Part shown: positions 1-12,490 of the stretch, piece after piece
Layout: each line of letters begins with the position of its first letter
Position numbering within the stretch: the first letter of the stretch is position 1
Origin: Eledone cirrhosa
Taxonomy: Eukaryota
DNA: 64,000 nt
Reading direction: 5' to 3'
NCBI GenBank assembly: GCA_964016885.1
Contig: OZ024743.1
Span: forward strand, 101,308,001 to 101,372,000
Translations under genes and position numbers: made by a program
The notes under the pieces: generated by a model
Told to the model about the DNA's origin: nothing
The model's input: the letters and a program-made list of their open reading frames with translations, nothing else
The model's database searches: none

Positions 1-440
1 CAATTCAGGGTCTCTCCTGAGAATCTTAGAGCTTCACAGTATTGACAAATGACACTCATATCACCAATATGGAAACGTAAAGGCTGCTCTTCAATTATGG
101 CATTTCGTCGCTGTTGAACTCTGTTTCTCATATTCTCTAGATAAAATTCTCTCTCCTCTGGATTCATGTCATTTCTTCTCTCGTGATCTCTGTTTCTCAT
201 ATTCTGCAGATAAATTTCTCTCTCTTCTGGATTCATGTCATTTCTTCGCTCTTGAACTTTGTTTCCATTATTCTGTAGATAAGCCTCTCTCTCCTCTTGG
301 CTCATATCATTCCCCCTTTCTTGCATTTGTTCTCGATTACGGTCACGGATTGCTTGCCTCTCTTCTGCTTGTAACTGTTGTCGTCGTCTTCTTTGTCGTT
401 CTCTCGCTGCCTCTCTTTGTTGACTTATTCTATCTTCCAT
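1..440 (-). CDS. Helitron RepHel N-terminus (partial, open at the window edge)
   Basis: Manual translation from ATG 440: MEDRISQQREAARERQRRRRQQ..., three 23-aa repeats (RRNDMNPEEREIYLQNMRNR-like), then FHIGDMSVICQYCEALRFSGETLNC, the IGxMxxxCxxCxALxFxxE..C motif of Helitrons. Confidence 0.75.
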   Translation of the reverse strand, partial: MEDRISQQREAARERQRRRRQQLQAEERQAIRDRNREQMQERGNDMSQEEREAYLQNNGNKVQERRNDMNPEEREIYLQNMRNRDHERRNDMNPEEREFYLENMRNRVQQRRNAIIEEQPLRFHIGDMSVICQYCEALRFSGETLN

Positions 441-820
441 TTTTAAGAATGGTTGTTTCAGTAATTATGAAGAACACTTAGCTGGTATAAGAAAGTTCGT
501 TAGAGATGTTTGTCAAATAAAAACTTGTTACAAAAAAAACAAACTGAGGGTCAAGCATGTAATTACTGAAAGCATGACACACACCCCTTTCTCTCTATAT
601 ATATATTATAACCGACTCTCTCTAAATATATTAACCCCCCCCCCCTCTCTCTCTCTATATATATAAACCTATCCCTTTCTCTATGTTGCAACGCTCTTTG
701 ATTTTCTTTCGCCGTAGATTTTCGTAGATTGTTTACCACCCCACTTCCATTGTTTTACTGAAAGCGTGACACACACGGTCGGACAGACGGTACGTAGATA
801 TTAGAGTATTAATACATAGA
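1..820 (-). mobile_element. 5' part of an autonomous-type Helitron running off the left edge of the window
   Basis: Minus strand begins A|TCTATGTATTAATACTC...CGTCTGTCCG...GTGTGTGTCACGCTTTCA at 820, a typical Helitron 5'-TC end. An ORF starting at 440 ends in the Helitron RepHel N-terminal zinc motif. Confidence 0.75.
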
Positions 821-1699
821 TGTTTACAAGATGGCCACGATGTTTTAAAATAAAAGTGTGTTCCCTAATCATCATCAGTCGTATGGGGTTGGCTTTACGT
901 AACTTTAATCGATATTCGTATACTGAAAAATAAAGATGGAAATATTGAAATCATGGAACGCGCAGTTTTACTGAAGATATTGTAATAAAATATTGGAATA
1001 AGAATAATTACATGTAAATCTTTTGGTTTTGTTTTATTTTACGAAAAAGCTGAAAATAAAATAATCCGAAACGGAAACGGCGAAACGATGAAATGTATTT
1101 AATTTGTGTATATGCTGTTGCATGCTTAAGGTGGTATATACTACCAGAACATATACAATAGATTCTATAAAATAACACAAAGCTGTTCTAGACGTGAGCA
1201 TTCAATCAAGCAAAATTTTCCTTTCCTTTCAATAAACGACTATAATAGAAAATATTTTTATATAAAATATATAACAAGGAAATGTTTTATATAATTTGCA
1301 AACATATTAAACGATTTTAACATTATAACAAGCTATATATATTAAATGATACATTGACTGGATGGTCACGGTTTCAACGCTTTTGTGTTGTTTCCTATTA
1401 TAGAAATTATCGAAACACAAACAGCATTTTTAGAAGGTAAATGTTCACCTAGCTGTTTATGTTTTCAAAGTACGTATCAATGTCTAAACAGAAACAATAT
1501 TTCCTTGTGTCGCTCTTTCCGTTTTAGTTTTACATTTTACTCCTGACTAGTATTGTCGTGTAACTTAGGAAACAATCAATATTTCATTATTTCCAAACAA
1601 TTAGAAAACCATTGTTTTGTAAATAACATTGTCATATTTACTGTCATAATTTTAAATATTTTTTTATGACTACCGTTAAACCATTTAGTGGCCAATAAA

Positions 1700-2100
1700 A
1701 CTTAGTGATTAAGGTGTTGGGTTCGTGATTGTAAAGTTGTGGGTTCGATTATTGAACCTGGCGGCACATTGTGTTCTTCAGCAAGGCACTTCATTTCACG
1801 TTGCTCTAGTAAAGTGAGCTGGAACAAATAAGTATCAGCAGCAGTAATAACTAGGATTAACCCTACAACTGGGAGGTGTCAGTCCCCTGCTATGACACTG
1901 GTACCAAGCTGTATCGGCCATTACTTTTCCCTTGTGGTGTACAGACAACAAAGGCGGCGAATTGGCAGAGTCGTTAGAATGTCGGATAGAGTGTTTTATG
2001 GTATTCGTACCGGCTCTCTGTTCTCGGAGTTCAAATCCCACTGAGGTCAACTTTGCCTTTCATCCTTTCGAGGTCGATAAGAAAGTATCAGTCTAGTACT
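1700..2100 (+). mobile_element. Two adjacent tRNA-derived SINE remnants
   Basis: B-box-like GGTTCGATT at ~1742. The second unit (1953-2100) reads GGCGGCGAATTGGCAGAGTCG...GAGTTCAAATCCC...CTTTGCCTTTCATCCTTTCGAGGTCGATAA, matching the SINE repeated across the window. Confidence 0.7.
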
Positions 2101-2662
2101 ATGGTCGATTCTTCATCTATATATCTTTTTAATTTCTTCTCTCACTTTCTATCTTTCTCTGGAAGAAATCTGCTGTACTCAGACCTGGAGAGAGATGGGC
2201 TCCGCTAGGTTTAAAATACTCCCAAAACGCCGTATGTCAATACGGCACCCCTACGACTTTATGAGGAGTTCCTATGGCGTCCCTATGACTTTATCAGGAC
2301 CATACATATAGGCAACTAATGTCCACATACGTACTGCTGTAGTAGTAGTAGTAGTAGTAATAGTAGTAGCAGCAGCAGTATCCATAGTAGTAGCTGTTGC
2401 CGTTTCATTCGTAGTAGTGGTAGTAATAGTAGTTCTAGACATATGGCTAAAGGTGTTCCAGCTGTGCCCATCTCGTCTTTTTGTTTTGGGACTTCATAAC
2501 TACATTTTCCACTATGTTTCGGTTTTTCTAAGAGAATTGGTCGTTTGTTCATGTTGTTAGCTGTTGTCTGTTCTGTGGACACCTGCAAGCGAGAGCTGAT
2601 GCCCAAGTTGTACCCAACTCCGATACCTCACTGTTTTCGGTTGTAAGTAGTATAGTAATCTG

Positions 2663-2890
2663 ATTATACAGATCAGCCCATTATAAGGACCAGTCCATTA
2701 TACAGACCAGTCCATTATACAGACCAGTCATTATACAGACCAGTTTATTATACAGATCAGCCGATTATACAGACCAGTTTATTATACAGATCAGCCGATT
2801 ATACAGACCAGCCCATTATAAGGACCAGTCCATTATAAGGACCAGTCCATTATACAGACCAGTCCATTATACAGACCAGTCATTATACAG
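2663..2890 (+). repeat. Minisatellite, ~17-bp unit ATTATACAGACCAGTCC
   Basis: About 13 tandem copies are visible. Confidence 0.9.
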
Positions 2891-3340
2891 GCGAAACTCA
2901 AAGCAATTATAGTGGGCTATGAATGAACTGAACTCACAACCTCATCATTTATACCCAGTGTATTCTGTCTACATGACTTTGTAATTTATACAATGCATCA
3001 GATATGCAGCAAACGTGTGTTACGTGCACCATCCTATGCACTTGGTTGATTTTTCTTTTATTTGCTGGCTTTGGAAGAAGGTGCAGTGCTCAAGGCCTCC
3101 ACATGGAGAGATCGATGTCATTGATGCTCCGCTTAAACTGTTACAAGTCCACATGTAGGAAATACATGGGCAGAAGGATGGAGTTATAGAGAAATGAGGT
3201 TCTGGTTAAGAAGGAATGGATGTTGTTAGTGCGAGAACTAGACAGCTGGATAACATGTAATGAAGAAGGGGGGGGGCTAAACAACAACAACAACAACAAC
3301 CAGTGTGTTTGTGTTTTTGGACTAACCATTGGAAGTATCT

Positions 3341-3556
3341 TTACCATTTCGTTACCATTTCATTACCATTTCCTTACCATTTCATTACCATTTCATTACC
3401 ATTTCATTACCATTTCGTTACCATTTCGTTACCATTTCCTTACCATTTCATTACCATTTCATTACCATTTCCTTACCATTTCGTTACCATTTCATTACCA
3501 TTTCCTTACCATTTCGTTACCATTTCATTACCATTTCCTTACCATTTCGTTACCAT
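3341..3556 (+). repeat. Minisatellite, 11-bp unit TTACCATTTC(A/G/C)
   Basis: About 19 tandem copies; explains the spurious TISLPFHYHF ORFs. Confidence 0.95.
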
Positions 3557-4309
3557 AAATCTAATAAAAGACACTCCTATTATTTTCAAATACATTTAAA
3601 AATAATTAAGAACTGGGAGAGATTTAATAATATAACTTTTTCATTATTAAGTTGGTGTTAGGAGCATAACTTAACAAAGGTTTTTACATAAAATTACAAC
3701 GATAGGGTTTTAGATAAATATAAACACTTTGAAATAAATACCTTTGTAGGCATTATAGAACAATGGTCGGTTTCAGGCAGTGTGATATAAAAAAGGTTAA
3801 TAACTATATTGCTAATATGTGGAGAGGCTCTATGGGTAATATATAGCGAGGCAGTAAATACATAACTTAACAAAGGATCTTATATAAAATTATGATGGAA
3901 GGTTTTTAGATGTATATAAACACTTTAAAACAAACAGTTTTGTATGGTAGAAGCAATGGCGGTATTGGGCGGTTTGACATCAAGAGGGTTAAATAACAAT
4001 ACATACATACTTAAATGAAAACTAATCGGCATCAGAGGATGAGATCGAACATGTTATGAATATATCCAGCATATATGATATAAAACCTCTTGGTCGATCG
4101 TGTACTGCATCAAATCCTTCAAACTATTTCCATTTTTATTCTTCAAAGCGAGTTTCGGTTGCTGCTTCTGAACAAAGGGAAATATTTATGTTCTTACTCT
4201 TTGCTTGCTTTCATTTCAACATAATACTTTCATCAATTATGCACCAAAGTATTTATGATGAAATTAGGCTCTTCCTTTGTCTATAACAGCACTAAAATTT
4301 ATGATTAAC

Positions 4310-4344
<35 letters not shown>

Positions 4345-4560
4345 CCTTATTATTATTATTATAAAAGCTGTAAGTTTTTTGTAATTTGTCTCATCCATCG
4401 CCCTTGTGGCAAATAACGGTCTATTGTTGTTGTTATCGTTGCTGTATTTGTAAGAATAGTGGTTGATTAAAAATGGCTTACACAACCATAAACAACAACA
4501 ACAGCAGCAGTAGCAGCAGTAGCAGCAGTAGCAGCTGTAGCAACAGCAGTAGTAACATTC

Positions 4561-4596
<36 letters not shown>

Positions 4597-4909
4597 TATT
4601 TGTGGGTTGAATAGGACATTACAAAGACAGGTTACGTAAAGTGTGTGTGAGGTGGGGGATCATACATGGAAGTCGGATGATTTTTTTTTAAACGAAGGTA
4701 ACATGGAATATACATAGTATACATGGTACATGATGAAACAGTCCTTCTGATGCAGGAGAACTTTCAGAGAGGTCGAGGAACGTGACACAGTCACCCCGGC
4801 CAGCAAGGGCAAGTCTCTTCTCATGTTCAGAGTAGAACCATTCACTCCTGCCAATAGTGATCATTTCTTTACTGCGTGGAATAATCCTTTTTAAAACATA
4901 TAAACCTAT

Positions 4910-4983
<74 letters not shown>

Positions 4984-4987
<4 letters not shown>

Positions 4988-7040
4988 GTTTGAATATGTG
5001 TAATAAGGCCAAAACAATGCAGGTATGGACATAGAAAAAAGAATGCAATAGTAAAAGAATTCGTCTTTCACCTTGAATTTATTTAAATGTCCTAAATTTT
5101 CCAGATAATATCTCTTCTTCGGAGGGAAATAAAGGTCTCAAACCAGCGTCTTAAATCTCTAGCCAAGCCATTCTGACCGGAAATAGTATAGAGTATCTGT
5201 TCTAACTCTAATATCAAAGAATTAAAATTAGGTGGAAAAAGAGTAGTCTCCCTTTAAGAGGGGTTTGTTTAGGGTTTATTTTATTTATTTTTTTTTTTAA
5301 ATTTTATTTTATATACGTGCCTGTATATGTGTGTGGGAGAAGGTATGTGGGTGTGTGTGTGTGAGTGTGGGAATATAGGTCTAATCGTAAAAGTGGGGGT
5401 AGGTGTTATCTGGTATTAGAACTGGTTTTGTGTGTGTATGTGTGAGAGAGAATAAGTGGAGGTGTAAGCGTGTGTGTGTGCGCGTGCGTGTGTGTGGGGT
5501 GTGTAAATATGGGGCTAGAGGCCCTATCAGGTTATAAATTGGGTGTTGAGCTCTAGTCTATTATTGATTGGTGGATGTGTTTTATCTATAATAAGTGCTT
5601 CCTTAATTCTAAGATTGCCGAGGTTTCTTTCCTTAGTTTCTATCCTAACTGTTATGTTTTTATCGGTGTTTTTGCATTTAACTAGGTGTTTCTTAAATGA
5701 GGAAGCGTTAGTATTGAGGTGTTCTTTTATTCTTATGTGGAGTGGTCTGGTGGTGCTACCTACGTAGAAGTTGTTGCATTTGTCACACTCTAGTCTGTAT
5801 ACTACGTAAGACTGGTGGCATAGGTCTGTGTCGTTGATGGGACAGTTGGCTAGTCTGCAGCAGTTGTCATGTCTGGTGGAGTGTCTCTTGGCCAGCCGTC
5901 CGCGCAGAGAAGGACCCGAATGGGCCAGTTGGATATCCAGTCCCTCTCGTCTGATGGCTCTGCGGATGGCTGTTGTTGTTTCTTCACTGCCGTGCCAGAA
6001 AGAACAGAGGACACCACACCCGAGGCACTAACACTTGCTTCCTGAAGCTCCCACACTTTAGTGAAGAAACAACAACAGCCATCCGCAGAGCCATCAGACG
6101 AGAGGGACTGGATATCCAACTGGCCCATTCGGGTCCTTCTCTGCGCGGACGGCTGGCCAAGAGACACTCCACCAGACATGACAACTGCTGCAGACTAGCC
6201 AACTGTCCCATCAACGACACAGACCTATGCCACCAGGCTTACGTAGTATACAGACTAGAATGTAACAAATGCAACAACTTCTACGTAGGTAGCACCACCA
6301 GACCACTCCACATAAGAATAAAAGAACACCTCAATACTAACGCTTCCTCATTTAAGAAACACCTAGTTAAATGCAAAAACACCGATAAAAACATAACAGT
6401 TAGGATAGAAACTAAGGAAAGAAACCTCGGCAATCTTAGAATTAAGGAAGCACTTATTATAGATAAAACACATCCACCAATCAATAATTTATAACCTGAT
6501 AGGGCCTCTAGCCCCATATTTACACACCCCACACACACGCACGCGCACACACACACGCTTACACCTCCACTTATTCTCTCTCACATATACACACACAAAA
6601 CCAGTTCTAATACCAGATAACACCTACCCCCCACTTTTACGATTAGACCTATATTCCCACACTCACACACACACACCCACATACCTTCTCCCACACACAT
6701 ATACAGGCACGTATATAAAATAAAATTTAAAAAAAAAAAAATAAATAAATAAACCCTAAACAAACCCCTCTTAAAGGGAGACTACTCTTTTTCCACCTAA
6801 TTTTAATTCTTTGATATTAGAGTTAGAACAGATACTCTATACTATTTCCGGTCAGAATGGCTTGGCTAGAGATTTAAGACGCTGGTTTGAGACCTTTATT
6901 TCCCTCCGAAGAAGAGATATTATCCGGAAAATTTAGGACATTTAAATAAATTCAAGGTGAAAGACGAATTCTTTTACTATTGCATTCTTTTTTCTATGTC
7001 CATACCTGCATTGTTTTGGCCTTATTACACATATTCAAAC

Positions 7041-7045
<5 letters not shown>
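4984..7045. mobile_element. Penelope-like element: 5'-truncated GIY-YIG 3' end preceded by an inverted copy of itself, inserted in (TA)n
   Basis: 4984-5988 is the reverse complement of 6060-7045. The + arm encodes a GIY-YIG domain, and (TA)n runs flank both ends. Confidence 0.9.
5989..6494 (+). pseudogene. Penelope-like GIY-YIG endonuclease C-terminal fragment
   Basis: LKLPHFSE...CCRLANCPIN...VVYRLECNKCNNFYVGSTTRPLHIRIKEH...LRIKEALII..HPPIN: GIY-YIG with the Penelope Cys insertion. The RT domain is missing. Confidence 0.88.
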
Positions 7046-7077
<32 letters not shown>

Positions 7078-7082
<5 letters not shown>

Positions 7083-7156
7083 ATGATATTAAATAAATGG
7101 AAACTATATTTATCAAACCATATTTATTCTATTATATATATTTCAAGGGTACAAAC

Positions 7157-7200
<44 letters not shown>

Positions 7201-7271
7201 ATGATATTAAATAAATGGAAACTATATTTATAAAACCATATTTATTCTATTATATATATTTCAAGGGTACC
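7078..7271 (+). repeat. ~75-bp direct duplication separated by (TA)n
   Basis: CAATGATATTAAATAAATGGAAACTATATTT...TTCAAGGGTAC occurs at ~7081 and ~7199. Confidence 0.85.
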
Positions 7272-7417
7272 AACATTTTGGTACGCTCTCATCAGATAAA
7301 ATACAAAGTTTATTTTATAAATATTGACATATCCAGGAAGATCTTAACGGTTCAAGTTTTTCCTGGATAGTTATTTATAGATATATATTTGTTGAATTAC
7401 TAACAAATTCCCTTTTG

Positions 7418-7484
<67 letters not shown>

Positions 7485-8412
7485 TTTGAGTATAAAGGGG
7501 GATCTTGCATATGCAAACTATGTCTGAACGAGACTCTCGAGATACTAAGAACCGACTTCTTCGGGACATGCAGGCACCTTAGGGCCGGGACAGATATATG
7601 GACAGTAGCAACACAATAAGATGTGAATCTCCTCAAGCTATAGGGACTTCTCCAGAACATGTAGACACCTCCCGGCCAGACCTCCTCCAAGCTATATGGG
7701 CAGTAACAACACCATAGGTTGGGAACTCCCCTCAAGCCATAGGGACCAACCCAGGCTGAGCAGACACCATGATAGCCTAGAGATTGATTCTGACATAGCC
7801 TTTATAATTTGGCCAACATCTTTATAACACACACACATTTTACTTTACTTGATTTTTGATTTTTCATTTTTGATTTCTCATTATTCATTTGTTATTTGTT
7901 TTCTGTTTTCTTCACTTTATCACCTTATATTTATATTTATATTTAAGTTGAGATTGGTTATAACACACACATATTTTATTTGATTATCCTATTTCGCTTT
8001 ATTCTTTTACCATCTTGTTCCTCCTACCACTTTATCCAACATATTTCTGACCTTGAGATTGGTTATAGCACACACACATTTTATCTTATTTTATTTGAAT
8101 GTTCATTTTTATTTTTCACTTTTCATTTTCATTTTTCATTACTTTTTCATTACTTTTTCATTAATTTTTCATTTATTCTTTATTCTCTATTTATTATTTA
8201 TTTTCTGTTTTCTTCATTTTATTGCCTCTATTTCTTCATATACATGGCAGACCCCCCCCCACACACACACCACCACCACCACCACCACGGGAGATGGTGG
8301 CAGGAGGGATGAAGAAACACACACGCAGATACTTCTAAATTGTCAGCAGCAGCAAGACATAAGCTGACCACATCACCAACAACACTACCAAAATAAGGGT
8401 AGAGGTAAGATA

Positions 8413-11095
8413 TGTAGTGACCTACATTCCGCGGGCTCACATACATTCTCTGTGCGTGATTTGGCTCAGTTCAGCCAATCAGCGCCAGTAGAAGAGGATG
8501 TATCCCTACGCGCCCTGAGGAAGAAATTCACCGCGAAGATTTGAAGAATCTCGCTCTTGTACCGGAAACTTCAAGCCAGCAACACGCATAATGTAACAGT
8601 AAGATATTGCACCTCTAGCCTCGCCGGCTTAACGGCGCAATGGCACATTCCCTTTTGTAACCTCTTTTTATCTGTAACTTCAACCATATAAATAAACAAA
8701 CATTTTATCTCTAATTACTGCGGTTGAAGTCGTTGTTATGTTACTCGTGTCTCAATGACATCTTTAATCCATGCTGCTGGAATTGGCGACCTGACGAAAG
8801 GAATATTGTGAATAGATGGTAAATAGATCGAGGGACCTTCCCTCACGTCTATGTCAACAAGATAATCCAACGAGGATACTATCACTTACCACACTGGCAA
8901 CTAACGACCACTGATTCTACCACCCTGCTAAAGTGGCGATAACATCTACAACTAATACTGCTAAAGTGGTGACCCCGACGTAAGAATGTCACGCAGCCCT
9001 TCTTATTCATTCAGTTTAACTTTTATTGCCACGTCGCAACTTGCGAAAATCCAGAATATTCCTTTTAAGATTTTTGAAAAATTAGCAGTATTTCAAAAAC
9101 TTTTTCGCCACGAAAAATTTCAAGATGGCTACCGACATGTCATGGCTACGCTTGACAACAACAATGACAGCAGTAGCGACAGCGTTGTTTAACCACTGAC
9201 CAATACAGGGAACAGTGAGTGGCAGCTTCATAACCTTACCAACGCCAACCACCACACATCGGAAATTTCAAAACGGCTTGTAACTTTACCGACGCAACCA
9301 CCATACCTTCTGTCTCGTTACCACAGGGACGCGAGAAATTGAGACAGTAGTTTTCTCACCATTATGGCGTCAGACGTGACTGCCATATTTGGTGACTCCT
9401 ACTCTACAGAAGATTCTTTGACTTTGCTTTAACAATAAGCAACACAACCGTGTGGCGGGACGGGAAAATGGCCACGAAATCTCACAAAAACACCATACAT
9501 CTAACCCCTAACGGCATTAACAAACTTCTTTTTCAGTTTTCAGATAGAACTAGTGTCTGTACACTGGTGATGTGTGAACTATTTGACTTTGATAAACTTT
9601 GAACTTATTGAGAAATTTCTCTGCTCCCCTAGATTGACTTTGAATTATCAGTTTGTTACATTCACATATTTCTTTGTAGAATGCATTTACTTGTTTTGTG
9701 CTCTTTTGCTATTTGCTTGCTCATGGTTTTTGTTCATTCACATTCTTTGCTGTTTTACATGCCTGCATATGCACACATTTTTTTATCACACACCAACATG
9801 TTGTTCTTGGTATATGTTCTTCAAACGTAATATTCTGCGAGTCCCTTTTCACCTGGTTGAGATGCTGGCAGCTCACAGAGCTTAATCCACTGGATTCAAA
9901 CAGTCACCGCAACACGAGAATACTAATTGCCGCTGAACTCAAACAGCTTCGTATCTCGTTGCACACTGATCGTCCATGACGGCCATCCGTCTTGTTGTTT
10001 TTGCCCGACTCGCTGGGAAAGCAACAAATTGAACTGGACTTGTTAGCATTTCGGCCACTTCTGTGGATTCGCCCAAATTATGGAATTTACACTGCAACCC
10101 ACCTACAAATTAAACTTGCCTTTTGTTCTTTACAAAGCAACCAGCCATTTTTTCCTGGCTCCACAGCACATTCGACAATACATCTGGGGGCCATCATTTT
10201 CTCGCCAGCACTGGTAAACTACCATAATAGCTTCGTTCACAGCTACTGGTACAACGCTTACCATTAACATTTAATGCAAGAACAGCAACTTCGCCCATGT
10301 CAGACTTTATCCGTTTTTTGTTAGACCTTTGGCGGTCACGTATAAACAACAAAACAACTGGTCATTTGACACAGCGGCTCAACACGGCCCGTAGCGCCTC
10401 ATTTTTTGTTCTTGCATGCAACCTTCTGCTCAATTATTTTTTTCACTGATGTGCTCTTTCAGCATTTGTTCTTGCTGATTTAATATGTGAGTCCTTGGTT
10501 TCTTCGTTATCGATTTTCGGCTGAAAATCTGGTTGGAGGTGATGTAGTGACCTACATTCCGCGGGCTCACATACATTCTCTGTGCGTGATTTGGCTCAGT
10601 TCAGCCAATCAGCGCCAGTAGAAGAGGATGTATCCCTACGCGCCCTGAGGAAGAAATTCACCGCGAAGATTTGAAGAATCTCGCTCTTGTACCGGAAACT
10701 CCAAGCCAGCAACACGCATAATGTAACAGTGAGATATTGCACCCCTAGCCTCGCCGGCTTAACGGCGCAATGGCACATTCCCTTTTGTAACCTCTTTTTA
10801 TCTGTAACTTCAACCATATAAATAAACAAACATTTCATCTCTAATTACTGTGGTTGAAGTCGTTGTTATGTTACTCGTGTCTCAATGACATCTTTAATCC
10901 ATGCTGCTGAAATTGGCGACCTGACGAAAGGAATATTGTGAATAGATGGTAAATAGATCGAGGGACCTTCCCTCACGTCTATGTCAACAAGATAATCCAA
11001 CGAGGATACTATCACTTACCACACTGGCAACTAACGACCACTGATTCTACCACCCTGCTAAAGTGGCGATAACATCTACAACTAATACTGCTAAA
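8413..11095 (+). mobile_element. Non-autonomous LTR retroelement (553-bp LTRs, ~1.6-kb non-coding interior)
   Basis: LTRs at 8413-8965 and 10543-11095 differ at about 6 positions and start TGTAG. PBS TGGTGACCCCGACGT at 8967, purine-rich GGTTGGAGGTGA before the 3' LTR. No gag/pol ORF. Confidence 0.9.
8967..8981 (+). promoter_or_regulatory. Primer binding site complementary to the tRNA-Trp 3' end
   Basis: TGGTGACCCCGACGT lies 1 nt after the 5' LTR; eukaryotic tRNA-Trp ends ...ACGUCGGGGUCACCA. Confidence 0.85.
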
Positions 11096-11634
11096 TACTT
11101 AACAATATCAAGCACAAACACTACATGGAGGCTCACCCTAGAAAGAATTTCTATAGACTTTGGACTGAGGAATGCTCTCAAAACTGACCAATGGGAAGAG
11201 TGACCTTACAAATCTTTATAACATTGAGATGGGTATAACACACACACACATTTTATTCGATTATTTTATTTTATTTTGTCCCTTTACCATCTTATTCCTT
11301 CTATCACTTTATCATCTTTTTGAGCTGACTCCAACAACAACACCACTACCAACATAAGAATAGAGGTCAGGTGTACCTAACAATAACAAGAACAACAACT
11401 ACAGATTGGCTTGCCTCACAACGAATTTCTATAGACTTTTGACTGAGGAATGTTCTAACAACTGACCAATGAGAGGAGAAGAGGCCCTTTGGCGCTAAAA
11501 TTCGTTTGTTTAAATTCATATAATTCCAGTTCCTCAGATAAATAACAACCCAATCAGGAACTGGGCATATCAGAGTATTGACAAAGTTATACACCTCAAC
11601 AACATGTGTACTCGTCTAAACCACACTAATTCGG

Positions 11635-11689
11635 ACTGCCTGAAGAGGTCACAGCCAAAAATGGCTGTCACCGAAATATATATAGCAGT
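11635..11689 (+). ncRNA. Type I hammerhead ribozyme
   Basis: Stem I ACTGC/GCAGT, core CTGAAGA, stem II GGTCACAGCCA/TGGCTGTCACC (one mismatch), GAAA, palindromic TATATATA stem III with an AUA cleavage site. Confidence 0.8.
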
Positions 11690-11783
11690 AATAAACGAAG
11701 CCAAATTTTAAACATTTGACTTATTTATTTTATTTTATTTTATTTTATTTTATTTTATTTTATTTTATTTCATTTTATTTTAT

Positions 11784-11884
<101 letters not shown>

Positions 11885-12029
11885 TATAGAGAAAAAATAT
11901 TTTTATTTGATACGAAAAGATATTTTTATTTGATAGCGAGGCTACCATATGTTTATTTAAATAAACATATATGTCCTTTCATATACGTCTCCATTTCACA
12001 CACGCACACACACACACGCGTGCGCACGC

Positions 12030-12118
<89 letters not shown>

Positions 12119-12354
12119 AAAGTTATTTTTTGGTGTAAACAGTTTTTGTGTTTTTAATAGCTAAACTGACCCTTCCACGCAGCAATTGTTTTAGTTTCAA
12201 CACAGGATCTCAGGTCAAGTCACTTGACAGAGTAGTTCAATTCCAATAATTTAATTATTTTGACACAAGTGGACAGATTAACACACACTACAAAGACAAA
12301 TTACACAAATGTGTATGGGATTTAAACAAACATTTGTAAGAAAACATGTATATA

Positions 12355-12490
12355 ATTGTTTCTACTTTTATCACAAGGCCAGCAATTATTTCAGTGCATT
12401 ACTGGTACTTTATTTTATCGACCCCGTAAGGATGAAAGGCAAAGTTAACCTCGACGGGATTTGAACTCAGACCGTAAAGGGACTTAACGT
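12355..12490 (-). mobile_element. tRNA-derived SINE copy
   Basis: AATTGTTTCTACTTT...ACAAGGCCAGCAATT...CTGGTACTTTATTTTATCGACCCCGTAAGGATGAAAGGCAAAGTTAACCTCG...GATTTGAACTCAG, the family signature. Confidence 0.85.

Noticed and set aside
2663-3556. Regular short repeats resembling a CRISPR array
   Set aside because: Head-to-tail minisatellites with no unique spacers, in eukaryotic context with no cas genes.
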